DNA from: Convolutriloba macropyga
Taxonomy: Eukaryota
DNA length: 64,000 bases
Direction of reading: 5' to 3'
NCBI RefSeq assembly: GCF_964194025.1
Contig: NC_134479.1
Location: forward strand, 2,356,001-2,420,000
Part shown: one piece after another, positions 62,831 through 64,000 of the stretch
How positions within the stretch are numbered: the first letter of the stretch is position 1
How the letters are laid out: each line of letters starts with the position of its first letter
Notes under the pieces: generated by a model
The model's input: the letters and a program-made list of their open reading frames with translations, nothing else
Told to the model about the DNA's origin: nothing
Database searches by the model: none
Program-made: the position numbers and the translations under genes

Positions 62831-63855
62831 TACAGGATTCGTAGAATCCAGATTCAACCAACATTGGACTGCGGGAAAATTTAAAACGTGATTTTGAGGG
62901 GGAAATGACCGCCCGACGAAAGAGCTGATACAGAGGCGGATGCCTAAAGATGAAAAATCTTGAACCTCAGAGACTCAAATTTAAGCTATTATGTTTAGAG
63001 GTCAAGTGTTTGCGAGATTGCGTGGAAGAGATTTGATCAAACTACCAGGAATCTGTTTTATTTAAGATTGCCATGATTTTTTGACGAGAACTGATGGATG
63101 AGCACGATAATGTTTATGATGCTGCTGATGAGTATCCGAGTCAGTACATTTCCATGGAAGGCAAACTTGAGTCATGGCAGGTTTTTCTCAAATGGATCCA
63201 ACAGCTCTTGACAAGGCTTTTAAAAAGCTTCCAGTCATCAGATATGAGGTTTGTTCACTCGTGACTCTAACAAATGAGCGTGTCGTAAAGTTACAAATGT
63301 CGGTACCTGAACTAAGTGTTTATAACGTTTATTGATTTTTGGGCCTTATTTTCTTCGTAAGTTTATTTTCTTGATTGCCTACCTTTTTAAGGGCTCCTTA
63401 GCTAATTGCTAGTAACTCTGGGGCAGAAAATTGTGAAATCGATCATTCCAATTAATCATTTTAATTATTTCAATAGTAGATTAATGCTCGCAATAATTTG
63501 GAGCAGGGTGTGACAATGAGGAACATAGAAATAATCAAAGCCAAATCGGGCAATCAACTTTGCTTAAACTGTCGTACAGTCCTAGCTGTAACACGGCAAT
63601 TCATTAGTGGCGAGCTCATACCATCTATAGTAAATCACTCAATGATTTTCCTAATTATAATGCATATTCAAGTCCTCCCAAATTCAAAAGCGAGGTCAGA
63701 ACAGTCTATTTGATTTAGCTACTTAGCTAAGAAGAAGTTTAAGTACAACTCATACCCATATGAGCGGACCGTGTTTAAGAGATGAAATTTAAGCCCCGTT
63801 AGAGACTTACTAAGCTTGGTGAAACAAAGTTTAGTGAAATTGATTATTATTATTA

Positions 63856-64000
63856 TTAATAGCCGCCCTCATCTTCTCAGCCGGCTGGCTATTATAGCGC
63901 TCCTATTTTTTACAATTCAAAGAATTTGAATTGTATTGGGGCGCTGTCTTTTTTTTAAGATCTGTTCACACATTTTCATGATTTTTGAAGTCAAATTGGA
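63856..64000 (+). mobile_element. 5' end of a Helentron/DINE-1-like element, family A (runs off the window)
   Basis: TTAATAGCCGCC...GGCTATT followed by the TTACAATTCAAAGAATTTGAATTGTATTGGGGCGCTG core shared with 29235 and 31843. Confidence 0.8.

Overview
Eukaryotic (metazoan, probably invertebrate; taxon not determinable from sequence alone) genomic window. 1-34.5 kb holds the 3' part of a + strand, spliced, titin-like gene. Ten coding exons join in matching phase into about 5,230 codons, 5'-incomplete. One exon is 12,944 bp (1411-14354). The protein has 4-5 I-set Ig domains, a PEVK-like tract and several repeat families I cannot assign: a W-x-R-x-R-E motif every ~49 aa, a ~20-aa repeat and a ~55-aa repeat. 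The gene has a probable GC-AG intron, a 41-bp microexon and at least two apparent introns after the first stop. Its introns carry Helentron/DINE-1-like elements, MITE/foldback hairpins and a 171-bp TGT...ACA inverted-repeat element containing a tRNA cloverleaf (second copy near 55 kb). After a 200-N gap (35146-35345) the window is decayed transposons: an internally deleted Bel-Pao (-), a Gypsy (+), a TIR element with a 30-bp minisatellite, and a Penelope-like element (-) split by a LINE fragment, the tRNA element and a two-LTR Bel-Pao (55193-62542). All calls come from reading the sequence by eye; no searches were run.
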